Source of the DNA: Octopus bimaculoides
Lineage: Eukaryota
Direction: 5' to 3'
Assembly (NCBI RefSeq): GCF_001194135.2
Contig: NC_068999.1
Location: 27,364,652 to 27,428,651 of the forward strand
Length of the DNA: 64,000 bases
How positions within the stretch are numbered: position 1 is the stretch's first letter; each line of letters begins with the position of its first letter. Positions 49,829-63,524 of the stretch are shown in pieces. Made by a program: the position numbers and the translations under genes. Below the pieces are notes generated by a model. The model saw nothing but the letters and a program-made list of their open reading frames with translations. It was not told where the DNA came from and did not search any database.

Positions 49829-51257
49829 CAACTTATATATTATGGTTGCATTACTAAATACCGTGTCCTTACAAGTTATAAATATTTACATACCAGCTTC
49901 CACGAATGTGTTTAATATGTAAATTGATATATCCAATAACGTTTCACCGCTATATTTAGTGGATATTTAAGCAATGAGTTTGTGCATGATTAATGGGTTG
50001 GATGGGTGGTGCTGAAGGAGCAAAAACTCCTGAAATGTGTCCTGTATACACCCATTACCCATTTTTCATCTTCGATTTCATTGTTGTTGTTGTTTACACC
50101 AGGCGTCTCGAAATCGAAACGTCCTAACAAAATCAGTCCTGGCTATAATTTTTAATAGAAAATCTGTTGAGATAACCTTAACAAGTAATGACATTGTTGA
50201 TACGAGTAGCTGTATGTAGTCAATACTCTGTTTAGGGTGTAGGTTTATAATTTTCCGTCGTTTAGGTAAATATATATAATTTGTATATATAATTGTATAT
50301 GAAATTCGTCCGGTACCAGAGCTTTTGAATCTTAGATTTTCTTAAAACTTTTAACTTACTCAAATGGTAGAAAAGGGTCAAAATCAAAGTCATGGATATA
50401 CTACAAATATACTGTACAAATATTGTATTTGTCCTCTTCTTCGTGTTGGATGTATTATTTTGTACATGTTATGAAAGCTTCCCTTTGAGTTTATAGTTTA
50501 ATTTTATCGGTGTATAAAATCAGATATGTGTACTGTGTTATGGTTGTAAAAATGTTTCCTAATTCATTACGTCGTAAAAGTTGGTTATAGCGAAAAAATA
50601 TTTTAGACCCATAACGAGGTTCATTACACCGTTAATAGCTTTTATTGAATTTTAAATTTCTATGTTGTTTACAAGGTTTGTTTTTGAGTGCTTCATTAAA
50701 GTTTCTTAAAATTTGTCTTGCGCAGAAATTTATAAATGCTATTATATTTGCATGAATATCTTGGAAAACAGGATTTAGGGACATTTGAGTGTGGGTCATG
50801 CAGATTCGACTCATATTCACTTTTGTATAGCGTTAGTAAAAGGAACGAATATTTTTCTGCGATGAACTTACAGCGTTCAGCAGATTTCATCGTCACACGT
50901 TATCAAGCCTAATGATGCCTTATGGTCGAAAAGAATATTTAAGACTGGAGGAAAGTAGCATAGACAAGAGACCTACTTTCAGAAACTATGTGAACCTCCA
51001 ACTTTCAAACATGAGTTGTAGTCATTTTACTTCCCTAACAATGGGGTTATTACTCTTTAAGTATGAATACCGCGATGTTATACGCAACCTTAGAAAACCG
51101 AATCATTGTATGACAGTAGAGTTAAATGGTTTCTATATGGAATGAAAAACGATCTTGCAATGTTTTGTTCACATTACACTAAAATTATCTATGAAACTAA
51201 ACACACAGCAAAATCAAATTATTTTATTTTATTTATTTATTTTGCTCTTTTCCACAG

Positions 51258-51323
51258 ATCTCCCATGAAGATGTGGAAAATCACAAATATTTCCCTCGTG
51301 ACTTTACTTTTGCTACACACTGT
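51258..51323 (+). CDS. Candidate host exon, possibly encoding a signal peptide
   Basis: Long T-rich tract + CCACAG acceptor and GT|GTAAGT donor. From ATG 51265: MKMWKITNISLVTLLLLHTV. The phase-0 frame is also open (ISHEDVENHKYFPRDFTFATHC). Confidence 0.5.
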
Positions 51324-52267
51324 GTAAGTATATCTCTCCAAAGATACCACAAAGTATTTCTCCTTATAGCCTCTATATAAATTGCAGAAACTGTTTTTTA
51401 CTATCTTGTTTGAAAAACAATTAAAAAATATAAACCACATAAAATCTTTAAAATTCTGTATTCCAAGAGTATAAATATGCACTTTTCATATCAAAATATT
51501 TTGTTTATAAGCGTGCACACACTGTTTGATAGCGTATTTAATATTTCGCATTGGGTTTTGTATAAGGTGATTAATCTGTGTATATTATTGTATATAAACT
51601 CTTTGATCCATTGACACACGGTGCGAACCGTTTCATGATGCTCCATTTGAGGGAAAGATTCGCGCATAAGTTAATGGCTCAAAGATCAGCAGACTTTGTT
51701 TAGCCTCAAGGTCTTATATCCTATTTAGATATACGAATTCTATTGACCAGCTGAATCCTAGATCTGAAACTTTCATTAAATGTAAGCATATCCACAAGAT
51801 TCTATTATTGAACTGGAAAACACCACCCTCTCTAGACTAAACTTGCAGTTGCACAAACTTTCTCCTTTCCCAATGAAATTAAATACACCAACCATCCTAG
51901 CGGGACAAAGGGCTGCAAGTTACTTTACTTTCATATTTCTTTTTTCTTTCTTCTCATTCCCATTTTCTTTTTATCTTTTTCCTTTCTTCCTTTCCCGTCC
52001 TTTCTCACTTTATTTTGAAAAGCAGCTATGTTGCTAAGAAATACAAGGTACGCTATACAAGCTTATCCGACCATTGCATTTTCAGAGGCATGAAACAAAC
52101 AGTAGCTCCAATTTAATTCCTGTATATAGTAAATGGTATTTATCTTTCACTGGATGAAGTACTTTTTGCTGATGCTATCAATAATGGAGCAGAACGTTAC
52201 ACACACACGCGCGCGCGCGCGCGCACACACACACATACACACACATGTATGTATTTATGTATGTATG

Positions 52268-53432
52268 TCCTTATTCAGCTTTATTTCAAGATTTCTTGCC
52301 AATAGAGAAAGAGCCGGTTTCTAACCTAGATCTAAGGTTCCTTCATTGGAATGTCAACAACATCAACAGGCTATTTTTGCATGCATGTATGTAAACATGC
52401 AGATTCGTATGTTTTGTTTTATGTATGTATTCTCATGCATATGCTTGCATATCTAGACATGTTCATATATACTTAAATGATAAACTTCTGGATAAAATTC
52501 TGTTTTATAGATTTTTACAGTTCCAGTGATGGATTGGATCTGTAGTCTTCTAATCAGCTTTCTCCTTTCTAGTTTAGAGAACCCTAATTTCTCTAGATTG
52601 TTATTTAGGCAGTGTGTTACATATATCAGGGCGCCAATAATTACAGGTATCAACCTGAACTTATAATCTGGATAGAGTAACTGCCGATCAGCAAATTCAC
52701 TGATCATTTTTTTCACTAACATCTGCTGGGCAGCTAGTTTCTACAATTGCACACAGTTTCTCTTCTCTATCCCAAATCATTATATCAGGTGGTCTGTTGT
52801 GCTTACGCTTTATTGAGGTCTTCACTGGGACATTCCACCGGTATTCCTCTACATTATAAATTGCTATGGCTTCTTCCGTACTGTGGGTTCTTATTTTTTT
52901 GTCCTCAGGGCTATCTTTCCGACGTATATCATTACAGAGTGTCCTAGCCACAACATCATGTCTCATCGGTAGATAATACCGTGATGACATTTTCGGACAA
53001 CTGCTTATGATTGGATGATATCTTCAGTGTTATCTCCACAAAGTCTGCACCAGTTGTCACATTTTACTGCTTTTCCTGCATCTCTATCCCTTTTGTGCAT
53101 CAGGTACTTGGTTGATACTTCCTGTTCCTGGACTGCAAACGCATACCCTTCAAAGTGGGAGGCTATAATCCGGCTATTGGTCCATGATAGATTTCTTTTA
53201 TGATCAATGTTACTCTCATCTCGGAGCTTTCTACTAACATATCTATGAATAGTTTTCTGTATAAATAGGCTCGGCCTTTTATATGATAATACAGCGCGGT
53301 TGAGTTGTGCGACTTCTTTGGGCGTGTATTCTAGGTTATCAGACAAAGAATATTGCGCAAGGAGCTCCCTTTCAAGTCTTACGATGTCATCAGCCTCATG
53401 TATGCAAACTTGGTCAAGGGATGCATGTAAGT
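52268..53432 (-). mobile_element. RLE non-LTR copy B, including 3' UTR
   Basis: Collinear with copy A (25175-26145). Ends AATAAAGCTGAATAAGGA followed by (CATA)n. Confidence 0.9.
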
Positions 53433-53967
53433 CTGTAGTCTCGGATTAGCTTTGTCCTTTCTGGTTTGAAGAAGCTTAATTTCTCAAGACTGGTATTACG
53501 CAGTGTGTTACATATTCCTGGAACCCATTCATTACAAGTATCAAACTGAACTTATAATCTGGATAGAGCATCTGCAGGTTTCTCAATAGTTCAACGTATG
53601 TGTTCTCTTTTGCACACAGTTCCTCTTCCCAATCCCAAATCATATATCAGGTTAGTTGTGCTTACATTTTATTGAGGTTTTCATTAGGACATTTCACTAG
53701 TTCTTTTTATTATGGGTGGCTATGGTTTCTACCATACTGTAGGTTCTTATTTCTGTCCTCGGGGGTATCTTTCCGACGGATTTCATTATATAGTGTCCTA
53801 GCTACAACATCATGTCTCATTGGTAGATAATACCGTGATAACATTTTCGGGCAACTGCTTATGATGTGGGTGATATTTTTTGCAAAGTCTGCATCGGTTG
53901 TCACATTTTACTGCTTTTCCTGCATCTCTATCCCTTTTGTGCATCAGGTATTCGGTTGACATTTCTT
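53433..53967 (-). mobile_element. RLE non-LTR copy C, truncated, in tandem with copy B
   Basis: QEMSTEYLMHKRDRDAGKAVKCDNRCRLC and MRHDVVARTLY. The 5' side abuts (CATA)n. Confidence 0.88.
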
Positions 53968-54513
53968 GTATGTATGTACGTATGTATGTATGTATATATG
54001 CATTATGCATCCATGCTTGCCTGTATGTATGTATGTATGTATGTATGTATGTATATACGCATGTATGCATCCATGCTTGCCTGTATGTATGTATGTATGT
54101 ATGTATGTATGTATGTATGTATGTATGTGTATGCAGGTACGCATGTATGCATGTGATATAATTCAAAGATGATATAAGCACACACACGCACACATACACG
54201 AATGAAGACTGGAACACATGACCACATATACACACACACTTTACTTCACATATGGAGACACACGTCCACACATATGGTGATGCACATCCATACATACAAG
54301 CACGGTACATAGTTGCAAAATACACACACACTCAGACATGCACACAAACAAACAAAAAGGAACGCAATTTGAATAACAGAGTCAAAACTATTGAAAAAGT
54401 TACAGGACACAACGAAAATTTTAGAAAAATAAAAAAGAAGCGGAAATTTTACCGGTGGGTGTGTTAAATTATAAGGCACTAAGAGAGAATGACTCTCCTC
54501 AGACACAACAGTA

Positions 54514-54550
<37 letters not shown>

Positions 54551-54560
54551 NNNNNNNNNN

Positions 54561-54604
<44 letters not shown>

Positions 54605-54609
54605 GGAGT

Positions 54610-55960
54610 TCAAGTTAAACAAACATTATTAAAGAGATTTTAAATATAATTGAAGTATTTATTAGAGATAATAAAAGATAAAAAATAAAAAAATATAACA
54701 TTTTTCTGGTAATAATTTTGGAGTTGGTAATTCTACTACTAATAATGTTGGTAATGTTATTTCTTCTTTTAATAAATTTAAGCTGAATAAGTTGTACAAA
54801 AACAAGTCTAATAATTATTCCAATAATAATAATAATAATATAGACCAGAATATAATTAATTGTACATGTAAAGATAAAACTAAATGTAAATTTAATAATA
54901 AATGTAATTTGGAGGATATAGTATATAAATGTGTAGTGACTTTGATTGATGATAATAATAGGAATGGTTGTAATTTAAATACTATTTACATAGGGTCGAC
55001 TTCTAATAAAATTAAATTACAGGTGGCTCAACACATGAATTCCTTTAAGAATAGAAGTTAAATTAATTCTGCCGGCCTCAGTAAATATATATGGGAACTA
55101 AAATCTAAAAACATCAAGTACAATTTAAATTGGGAGATAGTTTGTAAGGCAAAATTTTTATCGAATAGGTAGTAATTTATTATGTACTAATGAATTTAAG
55201 GAGATATTATTAACTAATAATTAAAAAAATTAATCTATTCCCTAGATGAACGTAAAATTAGATGTAGACATAAGTTAAATTACTTATATAATAAGTTTAC
55301 CTAATTTGTGTATATATATAAACCCTATTTTATGATACTAATTGTTGTAGATATAATTTGTAGTAGTTAAATGTATATATTAGCACGAAATTATATTGGG
55401 TATATTACATATTTAGAATAAGATTAAACTAAGACGTTTTTTTATAAATAAATTAATTAATTAATAAATAGATTAATTATAGAAATTTAGCTTAACTTAT
55501 GTATATACGTATTTGAGTTTTAGATTATTTAGGCTTTATAATTTTCCAGTAAATGATATACTACAGCTATTTTTTTCTTATTCTCACAGCTAAAATACAT
55601 TTTGTCATTTTAACAGTTTAAATACATATTCTATCTATTTATTCTATCATTGTTATATTTACGCCATATTTTTCTTATAACCGCAAAGTTCTTAGTATTC
55701 CGTTTGAAATTTTAGTTTAACAGAAATTCCCTGATAAGATAAGTCATGTTTTTATTTTAAGTAATAGTTGCTAAATTTTTCGATTATTTATTGCTAAAAC
55801 AATTATTATTCTATATTTATTTGATATTTTATTATAAGATTAGATACGTACATTTATTTTATTATTATCATTTTTATTATTCTTATGAATATTTTTAGAT
55901 CGAATCGAATTTATTTTAAATGTAGCCACGAAACGCGCGTAATCTTTTACTGTTATTTGC
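54610..55960 (+). mobile_element. Penelope-like 3' fragment with Asn-rich linker and terminal repeat
   Basis: CTCKDKTKC..DIVYKCVV...IYIGSTSN...HMNSFKN, GLSKYIWELK. Hammerhead remnant agat...GAAA cgcgcg TA atct at 55897-55945. Confidence 0.8.
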
Positions 55961-56720
55961 TATTTATTGATTGTGCAATTTATTGATTTTTGGGATAGGG
56001 TTTTTGAAGTATATTTGTTTTTCTAGATGTTTTTGAATGACACTTTTCATTGTTGAATTTGTTAATAGTTGGTTCTTCTCTAAATTATATATATATATGT
56101 GTGTATGTGTGTGTGAGTGTGTATGTATGTATGTATGTATGTATGTATGCATATATATATATANNNNNNNNNNNNNNNNNNNNNNNNNNNNNNNNNNNNN
56201 NNNNNNNNNNNNNNNNNNNNNNNNNNNNNNNNNNNNNNNNNNNNNNNNNNNNNNNNNNNNNNNNNNNNNNNNNNNNNNNNNNNNNNNNNNNNNNNNNNNN
56301 NNNNNNNNNNNNNNNNNNNNNNNNNNNNNNNNNNNNNNNNNNNNNNNNNNNNNNNNNNNNNNNNNNNNNNNNNNNNNNNNNNNNNNNNNNNNNNNNNNNN
56401 NNNNNNNNNNNNNNNNNNNNNNNNNNNNNNNNNNNNNNNNNNNNNNNNNNNNNNNNNNNNNNNNNNNNNNNNNNNNNNNNNNNNNNNNNNNNNNNNNNNN
56501 NNNNNNNNNNNNNNNNNNNNNNNNNNNNNNNNNNNNNNNNNNNNNNNNNNNNNNNNNNNNNNNNNNNNNNNNNNNNNNNNNNNNNNNNNNNNNNNNNNNN
56601 NNNNNNNNNNNNNNNNNNNNNNNNNNNNNNNNNNNNNNNNNNNNNNNNNNNNNNNNNNNNNNNNNNNNNNNNNNNNNNNNNNNNNNNNNNNNNNNNNNNN
56701 NNNATATATATATGTATGTA

Positions 56721-56766
<46 letters not shown>

Positions 56767-56879
56767 CACACACACACATACATATAGTGTGCGTCAGTGT
56801 TTTGAGGTCATTTGTATGAATTTAGAAAAAGACGCATAGCTCATCGAAGAAAAGCTGTAGTTGAGAATAAATTGGTACA

Positions 56880-57760
56880 AATAATCTTGAGAATTCTTTT
56901 ATTACACCTATTTAATGAATCCAACTTTAGTATCAATACAGGGTCGGAAGCATTGACATACTTGAATCAGGTAATCTTTATCAATACTGGACATGGTGCT
57001 GTTTATGGCAGACTTGAGACATTGTATGATGTCAAGGGAACGTTGACTGACCCCTCTCTTGACTATTTAATTGTCCAGTGGATTGAGTTCTGTGAGCTAG
57101 GAGGCCATGTTTCTGGGAGAACACGATCATGGAGATTGGTACGCATCCACGCTTATGTTGTCCTAGTCTTATGAATCATGTTGGAAAACTACGGTCTTCT
57201 GTTGCGTACTCTGTCTATCCACGGCCTCACAACTTTCTCCAACACATCTGTAGACAGTGCCATTGACTCTCACACCCTGTGAAAAAGATTGACGAGGTCT
57301 GACATCTCTCTCATTGTTGAGAGCTCTCAGAACCATCCCAATTACTGACGGTTGGAACCTTATTCAGGTCTCTGCAGAACCATCAGTTATTCCTTCGGTT
57401 TACCTTTTGGTCCTGATTAAAAAAATCTAAGCATTTTAACTTGCTTTGCGGGAATTTTGTACGGATCAATTGATTCTCTTTTGTCACATTCGACATAAAA
57501 TGACATCTCCACATCACATATGACTTGTAGCAGATGTCTTCATGCACAACCCTTCTGATGGTGCATTCTGAAACCTTGAAGTCATTTGCAATGGTTCTGG
57601 TTAACTTTTTTATCGATTATTTTTTTTTTTAATGTTCTGATGGTGTCACAACCCTGTGCACGCATTTTGGATTCCCGTCAGTAACTTCCAGCTCCTTGTG
57701 CTATATACCACATGACACAGTCAGCATCATCAAACGCACAGGCATAGTATACCGTTTAAA
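56880..57760 (-). mobile_element. maT/DD37D-like Tc1/mariner transposase remnant
   Basis: Minus strand reads RTIANDFKVSECTIRRVVHEDI.YKSY, QDQKVNRRNN, QGVRVN, VVFQHDS, ELNPLD and IDKDYLIQVCQCFR. Confidence 0.83.
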
Positions 57761-58689
57761 ATACCTTTTTGGACGTCTTCTTTCATAATTATTCTAATTC
57801 CTCCAGTCTAAGCCAGTAACTGCTTTATTTCCCTTGTAAAGAAGAAAAATATCTATTTAACAACGTAGCGTTATTGAAACCGGATTACGAAATATAGCTT
57901 ACAGCACGTGCAATCCCGCTACTACAATCATAACTGATACTGATAACAACGCCGATGACAGCAAAAGTTATTCAAGACGACATAAGAACTCTTCTCAGTT
58001 TATTTAGACAGTTAAGCCAAGATCCATTTCGGTACTACGAGAAAACCTGCGATGACTCTCTGTCGGCTTAATGAAGAGGCTAACAAAAAAATCCTGTGAC
58101 GAAGCTCTTCCAAACTTAAACAATTTTACGGCAAGGCAGCTTCGGCAACAAGCATCATTCTTTGAAGGGAAAAGCTAACTTTCGTGATGTACTGAGAACC
58201 AGCCACAATCTGCCATTAGAGAGATCAAAAATAACGTAAACAAACCGCTGCCGCCATCGCTAGACTCTCCTATATTTCCACATGTAAATGATTCGACAGA
58301 GACAGCTGTTGAATTCAATTTAGGGACATTTTTATATCAAAATACTTTTCTACTTTCTCTAAGTTGTCGTTGAGGGACAGGCCATTCTTAACGATATTAA
58401 AGCAAAAGCCAACTGCTCTCAGGTTGAACGTTATCGATGATGTGTCTGGAGAATGTGTATGTATGTATATATGTGCACACCCATATATGCTTGTATATGT
58501 ACATGTACATGAATACGTATGAAAATACATACACGTATATTTTAATTATATACTGAGCTGCCTAAACTTTCCCTTTGTACAACGCATATAAATGGTTCCA
58601 GGCAGAAATCATAACCGAATCATATATTTCAAATAACAATGTGGCGGGAAAGTGTTTTAACAAGGATGGGTGCTTGGACACGACAGGCT

Positions 58690-58955
58690 GTCAGACGAAT
58701 GCTAATAGGCTAATAGACATGAAAGTATACTAGCCTTTATATATTTAATTCTCTATATTTAATACTCAATATTTCATATATCCAATAAGGCATTCAATAC
58801 TTCATTTCATTTTACTATTTATATTATATATTCCATATTCTATATCCCACACTAATTTTATAAGAATATAAATAAAACATTAAAAAACAGAGTTGGGACT
58901 CTTTTAAATAATATATTCTTCTATACACGATCATACAAAACCCTTTTTTTATATT
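58690..58955 (+). repeat. Single-arm copy of the 12.4-13.0 kb fold-back sequence
   Basis: Matches the reverse complement of 12436-12750, including a decayed hammerhead (aggc...GAAA gtatac TA gcct). It is not palindromic here. Confidence 0.72.
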
Positions 58956-59336
58956 NNNNNNNNNNNNNNNNNNNNNNNNNNNNNNNNNNNNNNNNNNNNN
59001 NNNNNNNNNNNNNNNNNNNNNNNNNNNNNNNNNNNNNNNNNNNNNNNNNNNNNNNNNNNNNNNNNNNNNNNNNNNNNNNNNNNNNNNNNNNNNNNNNNNN
59101 NNNNNNNNNNNNNNNNNNNNNNNNNNNNNNNNNNNNNNNNNNNNNNNNNNNNNNNNNNNNNNNNNNNNNNNNNNNNNNNNNNNNNNNNNNNNNNNNNNNN
59201 NNNNNNNNNNNNNNNNNNNNNNNNNNNNNNNNNNNNNNNNNNNNNNNNNNNNNNNNNNNNNNNNNNNNNNNNNNNNNNNNNNNNNNNNNNNNNNNNNNNN
59301 NNNNNNNNNNNNNNNATATATACATACATATATATG

Positions 59337-59530
59337 ACGTGCTTCTTTCAGTTTCCGTCCACCAAATCCACTCACAAGGATTTGGTCGGCACAAGGCTAT
59401 AGTAGAAGACACTTATCAAGGTGCCATTCAGTTGGACTGAACCTGGAACCATGTGAATAGTAAGCAAGGTCCTTACCACACAGCCACAGTCCTTACCACA
59501 CAGCCACAGTCCTTACCACACAGCCACAGT
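59337..59530 (-). mobile_element. SINE family B head with 3x20-bp tandem at its 5' end
   Basis: CCTTACCACACAGCCACAGT repeated exactly three times at 59471-59530. Confidence 0.85.
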
Positions 59531-60140
59531 CATAATTGACAGAGAAATATTTTGATGAAATTTTATTTAATAAAAAAATTCAAATATCATGACAAATTGT
59601 TTCGTAATTTAAAAGCATGTAAATAATTTGTATTATTATACTTAATGATAAACAAATTAATTACTTGTCTTCATTAATTTAAATGCAAAACATCTTACAA
59701 CATAATACAGAATTGAAGCAACTAGTTACATTTTAATTGTATTACTAAAATTCCTTTACATTTACGAGACAAACGTCTTATTATTTTGTATCAACTTTAT
59801 TATTATTGTCTTCCGTATTCTTTTAAATTTTGACTTTATGTTCTTACAGCGTTACGTCAAGAATTCAGTATTTAACATAGACTTTCTTTCACTTGAGGAC
59901 GTAGCTTAAATTCTGCATTATTTTGAAAGATATTTTGCACTTTGCATTAATGCAGACACGTATGTAATTTATTTGTTATTAAGTTATGAAACATATAAAA
60001 GGGATAAAGTATCCAGGCAAAAACCGAATTATCTCAGTAAATGGTATAGTTGCAGGCTATCCACAGCAGTTCAATTACATAGTGTTCAAGTTTAAATAGA
60101 TACTGATGCTCCACCTGTTGGGTAGTTCCTTATTATTAAC

Positions 60141-60907
60141 TGAAAACAAAGAAGAGAGTGAATATTTATTCACATCCAAAACTTTTTTATTAAAAAGTTT
60201 TCTACAATATATATAATAATGACCACCATATCATTCTTCTGCAGCAACTACACATTGCTCTGTATGCCATTATGCATCCTAGCCGCTGCAATTTCATCAA
60301 GGGTCCATCACTTGCAACGTTTTCAAAGTGAAATAATTCAAACATGAGCAGTCAAGGAGCGCTAACCTCCATCAAGACAACACCAACGTCCTCTCAACGA
60401 TTAGCCAGAGATGATTTTTAAAATGAAAATAACTGAAATAAACTCGGCTGCTCTCACAAACGAGAATACTAAAAATGAATCCGACTGCTCTCAAAATTTA
60501 AGTAAAAAAAACAGGAAAAATAATCCAGAATCCTTGACCGGTATCGGACCGGTCCCAAAATCTAATCAGTTCGTGCCAGTCACGAGGCCAAACATCCCTG
60601 AAAGTTTCATCCGAATCCATTCAACGGTTCTTGAGATATCTTGTTCACGGTCAAACAAACAAACGCTACGGCGGAAGTAACAAGCTTCCTTCGTCGGTAT
60701 TCAGTTCAAGGTGATAGCGTTACTTTTTAAATCGAATTGAATTCTGGTCTTATAATTACCTTTATTCGAATTACAGTTTAATCATGGTTTTAAATGTGTA
60801 GTTACTGCAGTAGAAACATATGTTGGTCATTGTTATACATGGTGTAGAAAACTTTTTAATAAAAAGTTTTAGATCTGAATAAATCTCCACTCTCCTCTTG
60901 ATTTTCA
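60141..60907. repeat. Segment bounded by ~115-bp diverged inverted repeats
   Basis: 60141-60256 matches the reverse complement of 60793-60907. Confidence 0.7.
60408..60715 (+). mobile_element. Helentron-associated (DINE-1/HINE-like) element 3' part
   Basis: CCAAAATCTAATCAGTTCG...GAAAGTTTCATCCGAATCC...GAGATATCTTGTTCAC..CAAACAAAC is typical of this class. Second copy at 61626-61845. Confidence 0.55.
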
Positions 60908-61625
60908 ATAATATATATATATATANNNNNNNNNNNNNNNNNNNNNNNNNNNNNNNNNNNNNNNNNNNNNNNNNNNNNNNNNNNNNNNNNNNNNNNNNNN
61001 NNNNNNNNNNNNNNNNNNNNNNNNNNNNNNNNNNNNNNNNNNNNNNNNNNNNNNNNNNNNNNNNNNNNNNNNNNNNNNNNNNNNNNNNNNNNNNNNNNNN
61101 NNNNNNNNNNNNNNNNNNNNNNNNNNNNNNNNNNNNNNNNNNNNNNNNNNNNNNNNNNNNNNNNNNNNNNNNNNNNNNNNNNNNNNNNNNNNNNNNNNNN
61201 NNNNNNNNNNNNNNNNNNNNNNNNNNNNNNNNNNNNNNNNNNNNNNNNNNNNNNNNNNNNNNNNNNNNNNNNNNNNNNNNNNNNNNNNNNNNNNNNNNNN
61301 NNNNNNNNNNNNNNNNNNNNNNNNNNNNNNNNNNNNNNNNNNNNNNNNNNNNNNNNNNNNNNNNNNNNNNNNNNNNNNNNNNNNNNNNNNNNNNNNNNNN
61401 NNNNNNTTTATGTATGTATATACGAGTGAGGGGGTAAACGAAAGAAAAGCATTCAACAAACTTATTGGGAGTTACATGTATGGATCAAAACAGTTTGATT
61501 CAAATTCGTTGGTATTTCTTAGTGTCAAGCGTGATGCTATCTGCAGCCATTTTGAACTTGAATAAAAGAAGTTGATTGTTATTACCGTATGGTGGCCTGC
61601 GATTGGGCGAAAAATATCTTTATCA

Positions 61626-61845
61626 AGATGATTTTTTAAATGAGAATATCTGAAATAAACTCGACTACTCTCACAAACGAGAATACTAAAAATGAATCCG
61701 ACAGCTCTCAAAATTTAAGTAAAAAAAAAACAGGAAAAATAATCCAGAATCCTTGTCCGGTACTAGATCGATCCCAAAACCTAATCAGTTCGTGTCAGTC
61801 ACGAAGCTAAACATCCCTGAAGGTTTCATCCGAATCCATCCAACC
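61626..61845 (+). mobile_element. Second copy of the HINE-like element
   Basis: Direct repeat of about 60408-60625. Confidence 0.55.
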
Positions 61846-62848
61846 TGACTATGGTCGATTTCTTGGACGTAACCTTAGACCTGGACACGGGCTTGTATTA
61901 TCCCTATAGAAAACCTAACGAAGAAATAGTATACGTGCACAAGAGTTGAAACCATCGCCCTGCTGTAATTAGAAACCTGGTTTCAGGCATCAGTAAACGA
62001 CTATCTAATCTCTCGGTCAATAGAGAGATCTTTAACAGGACCGTCCCCCCACTACAACGATGCTTTGGCTAGGAGCGAGTTTACTGAGAAGCTCACATAT
62101 GTGGACAACCCACAAATACCCTCTCCTCACCCCAAAGGATAAGAAAAAGGAAAATTATATAGTATAACCCCACTTTCAGCCTAAAAGTTTCCACCAACGT
62201 AGTTAGGGGCTTCTTGTTGTTAATTAAGAAACACTTCTCCAGAGGTCACAAGTATTACAAACTCTTCAACCCCCATAATATCAAGGTGAGCTACTCCTGC
62301 TTATACAACATCGCATCTAATATCGCATTCATGAACGGACGTAAAAATGCACCTGCATCACTCCCAACGCCAACCTGCAACTTCCGAAGGCACACCCTTG
62401 CACCATCTGACGGCATTACCAGGCACTATACGGGTACGACAGCTAATGACTTCAAGGGAAGATACTCCCAGCATATGCATTCGTACAAATCCGGGGACAG
62501 AGAGAACTCACTTCCTTATCTCGTTTTCTCTGGAGACTCCAAGACCTCCGAGACGAAACACCCAGGATCAAGTGGACTATTGGCAACAGAACGCCACCAT
62601 ATTCACCCGGCACCCCCAACTGCCAGCTCTGCTTCCGCGAAAAACTGCATATTCTCGAACAACCCGCAGTATCCATCAACAAGAAATACGATTTATCTTA
62701 TTGCTGTCACCAGAGATATGCCTTTCTGGTAAATTTCAGGCATCTGACAGTCAACAACCTGGATATACCACCTTAGTACCAGCTGCTACTCTGCATTACC
62801 TGCACCAAGGTCAGCACAACCAACCAACCCCATGAGCAGGGCCGCCAA

Positions 62849-62916
62849 TTACCAATCCCCAACGCTTACCAATCCCCAACGCTTACCAATTCCCAACGCT
62901 TACCAATCCCCAACGC
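62849..62916 (+). repeat. Minisatellite, 4 x 17 bp
   Basis: TTACCAATCCCCAACGC x4 with one substitution. Confidence 0.95.
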
Positions 62917-63448
62917 TTGTTATGCGAATGAATACTCATGCATACGCACACACGAGTACGCATGTGCGCGCGCTTTCGTGTGTGCACACATACTGATATA
63001 CATTCATGCGTATATACATATGTACATACAAATGAATGTGCATGTGTGTATGTGTATGCGTGTACATGTGAATACATGTGAGTGTATACGCGTGTATGCG
63101 TATGTGCACGCGCGCGTATTCGTTCGTATAAGTGTATTGTTAGTGTGAGTGTTGTCCCCATGTACTGATGTGCACGCTCACATCAATTCACACATGCACG
63201 CAAAACTATATGAGTGCGTCTACACAAGCACATATACAACTATATGCTTGCACATACCACCCCTTCCTACTTCCTCTCCGTCAACTCGATCGATTTTCTG
63301 TCTACCACGCGGTCGATTTCCTATTCACCATGCGATATTTTCCAACTAACTGTTACCGATGTACCAACATGAAACCCCGACACCGCATGACCTTCCTCGA
63401 ACAATCGCAGCCCACATTATGATAATAACAACCGGCTTCTGTCATTCA

Positions 63449-63511
63449 GATTCAAATTGACTGAAGACTAGCATCACACTAGAAATTCAAGAGTACCAAC
63501 GAATTTGAATC
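63449..63511 (+). ncRNA. Type I hammerhead motif in a Penelope 3' terminal repeat
   Basis: gattcaaattga-CTGAAGA-c-tag(catcaca)cta-GAAA-ttcaagag-TA-ccaac gaatttgaatc. Core intact; mismatch at the first stem I pair. Confidence 0.65.
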
Positions 63512-63524
63512 AAACTTTTGATCC

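Noticed and set aside
50632-51145. Several 60-77 aa ORFs in unique DNA
   Set aside because: No recognisable motifs; the lengths are expected by chance.
59471-62916. Short tandem repeats (20-bp x3 and 17-bp x4) considered as CRISPR-like
   Set aside because: No spacers, no cas genes, eukaryotic context.
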